Assembly: GCF_006345805.1 (NCBI RefSeq)
Contig: NC_042997.1
Location: 52,142,001 to 52,206,000, forward strand
Length of the DNA stretch: 64,000 bases
Direction of reading: 5' to 3'
Source: Octopus sinensis
Lineage: Eukaryota
Below, piece by piece: positions 62,373 through 64,000 of the stretch (positions within the stretch are counted from its first letter, which is position 1; each line of letters opens with the position of its first letter). The notes below the pieces were generated by a model. The model did not search any database. It had not been told where the DNA came from and was given only the letters and a program-made list of their open reading frames with translations. The position numbers and the translations under genes were made by a program.

Positions 62373-63420
62373 TGTTATATCGCACGTTCGGATGGCATGC
62401 CTTTGCCAATAACGTACCTCTACTCAACTACTGAACTCTCACTTCTGAGGACTCGACTCAACAAAACTCAACATCTAGTCTACCGACGGCTCCGGCTTGC
62501 TTTACATGACGCTTCTCGTCTAGCTATCACATCCACTATTTATATATATTGGACTAGAATAATTATCGTCTGAGAGCATTCACCCAACACCTCCCCCTTT
62601 TGAGAGAGATTTTTTTTCTAAACCCAAATTTATCAATTTTATTTCTTTGGTGAGAAACTGGCATTCTCTTAGTGTTAATTTCCATCACTTCTGTAGGTTT
62701 TCGAATCATACCATATATCCATTGGTTTCTCTTGCCTCTCTTGATTTTTGGTATATCTTTTTTTTAAAAAAATGTTGTTCTTCTTTCCGAATTTTCTATT
62801 TTCTGTTCATATAGGTTCAGCAACAATTTATCAAAAATAGAATGAATTTTTCTGGAAAACATCAAATCTGCAGGTGACCTACCTGACTCTGCATTTGGAT
62901 TCAGTGTTATTATATAGACCAGCAAAAACTTTGTCATCTTTGTATCTTCAAAGGTTTCCCATCTGCTCTTTCTTAAAGCTCTCTTGAATGTGTCGACGAA
63001 TCTTTCCACTAACCCATTTGACCTTGGATGGTATGGCGGAGTTAACACATGCTTCATTTGAACCGACTTACAGAATCTTTTGAACTCCTTCGCCGTGAAT
63101 TGTGTACCATTATCTGATACGATCGTATCTGGCACCCCATAACGAGCAAATAATTCTTCCAAGAAGTCAATCGTTACACTTGTGGTTGGCCTTGAATATT
63201 TACACACTTCAGGCCATTTGGAATAGCTATCCACCACGGTGATATAATGAGAGCCATTTATTGGTACTGCGAAATCCACATGCAGTCTAGACCATGCCGA
63301 ATCCATTTTTGGCCACGGTTGAATCTGCACTGGGGCGCCTTTGCTGCCATAGCACATCTCCTACACTATTTTACCAGTCTCTCAATTTGCTTGTTCATAT
63401 TCGGCCAATAAACTTAATAC
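62373..63420 (-). mobile_element. Ty3/Gypsy 3' fragment: integrase, PPT and 3' LTR (62373-62589)
   Basis: YWPNM...C..C zinc-knuckle remnant, HVDFA / SDNGTQF / NGLVERFV DDE triad, PPT aaaagggggagg abutting a 217-bp TGTT...AACA LTR. Confidence 0.92.
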
Positions 63421-63911
63421 ATGAAGTAGTCCTCTTACTTATCAGATCCTGATAAATTGTCCAACCTAAGCCAGCATGGAAGCCAGATGTTAAATAACTT
63501 CTTCACCATAAAAAAAATCTAAAAGGATAAGATTGAATTTTTCTCTCTAAAACTTACAACACACATGAAAAAGTATTAAATAATTATTTATTTATTAAAA
63601 AGAAAAACTCAGATATTCTCTGCCATGGAATAACATTTCCATATACAGAATGCTGTATGTTATAATGTATTTCTGTCATGAGCTTTCATATGAAGCTAAT
63701 ACTTAGTGGTACAGCTATAATAAAAATACGAGAAAAGATATAAGTCATAAGAATTGAAGATTTTCTTCAACATATTATTATTATAATAATAATAATAATA
63801 ATAATAACAATAACAATAACAACAATAACAATGATGATAATAATAATAATAATAATAATAACAATAATAATAACAACATGAAGTGAAAATGAAAATTCTA
63901 CAAATATTCAC

Positions 63912-64000
63912 CTATAAAGAAACTTTTTAATTGGCCATTCTTTGGTTGATGCTGATACAACAATATTACCAGAAGAATGCAGGATGTAAGAATCAAGATT
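63912..64000 (-). CDS. MRPL18: Mitochondrial ribosomal protein L18 (uL18m) exon, cut by the window edge
   Basis: Minus strand NLDSYILHSSGNIVVSASTKEWPIKKFLY(S), donor tatag|gtgaat; resembles human MRPL18 VVVSASTREWAIKKHLYS. Confidence 0.93.

Overview
Eukaryotic, very AT-rich, microsatellite- and transposon-dense DNA. The SINE families and repeat landscape look like a coleoid cephalopod (probably Octopus; recalled, not searched). Two host genes can be assembled by hand, in convergent orientation. (1) The 3' six coding exons of an SLC6 Na+/Cl- dependent transporter of the GABA/taurine/creatine type (+ strand, 1867-21539). (2) The last three coding exons of mitochondrial ribosomal protein L18 (MRPL18, - strand, 59226 to beyond 64000), which the ORF track misses. 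The rest is mostly mobile DNA: several tRNA-derived SINE families, decayed LINEs (RTE, CR1/L2-like, R4/Dong-like), a Penelope-like element, two mariners, a Merlin remnant, a Gypsy 3' end, piggyBac-type MITEs, Helitrons and a DINE-1/HINE-like element. Most notable observations: a minimal type I hammerhead ribozyme with an intact core plus decayed relatives; a 2.5-kb palindrome made of two head-to-head chimeric Helitrons; a near-exact inverted local copy of one tandem-repeat unit pasted into the Penelope RT; several long near-perfect hairpins, one with a traceable snap-back origin; an SLC6 TM10 that lacks the GAT extra residue and carries an Arg; and an orphan CCAAT/TATA promoter-like block with a 45-codon ORF. 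Repeat boundaries are approximate. Exon, TIR and hairpin coordinates were counted by hand.
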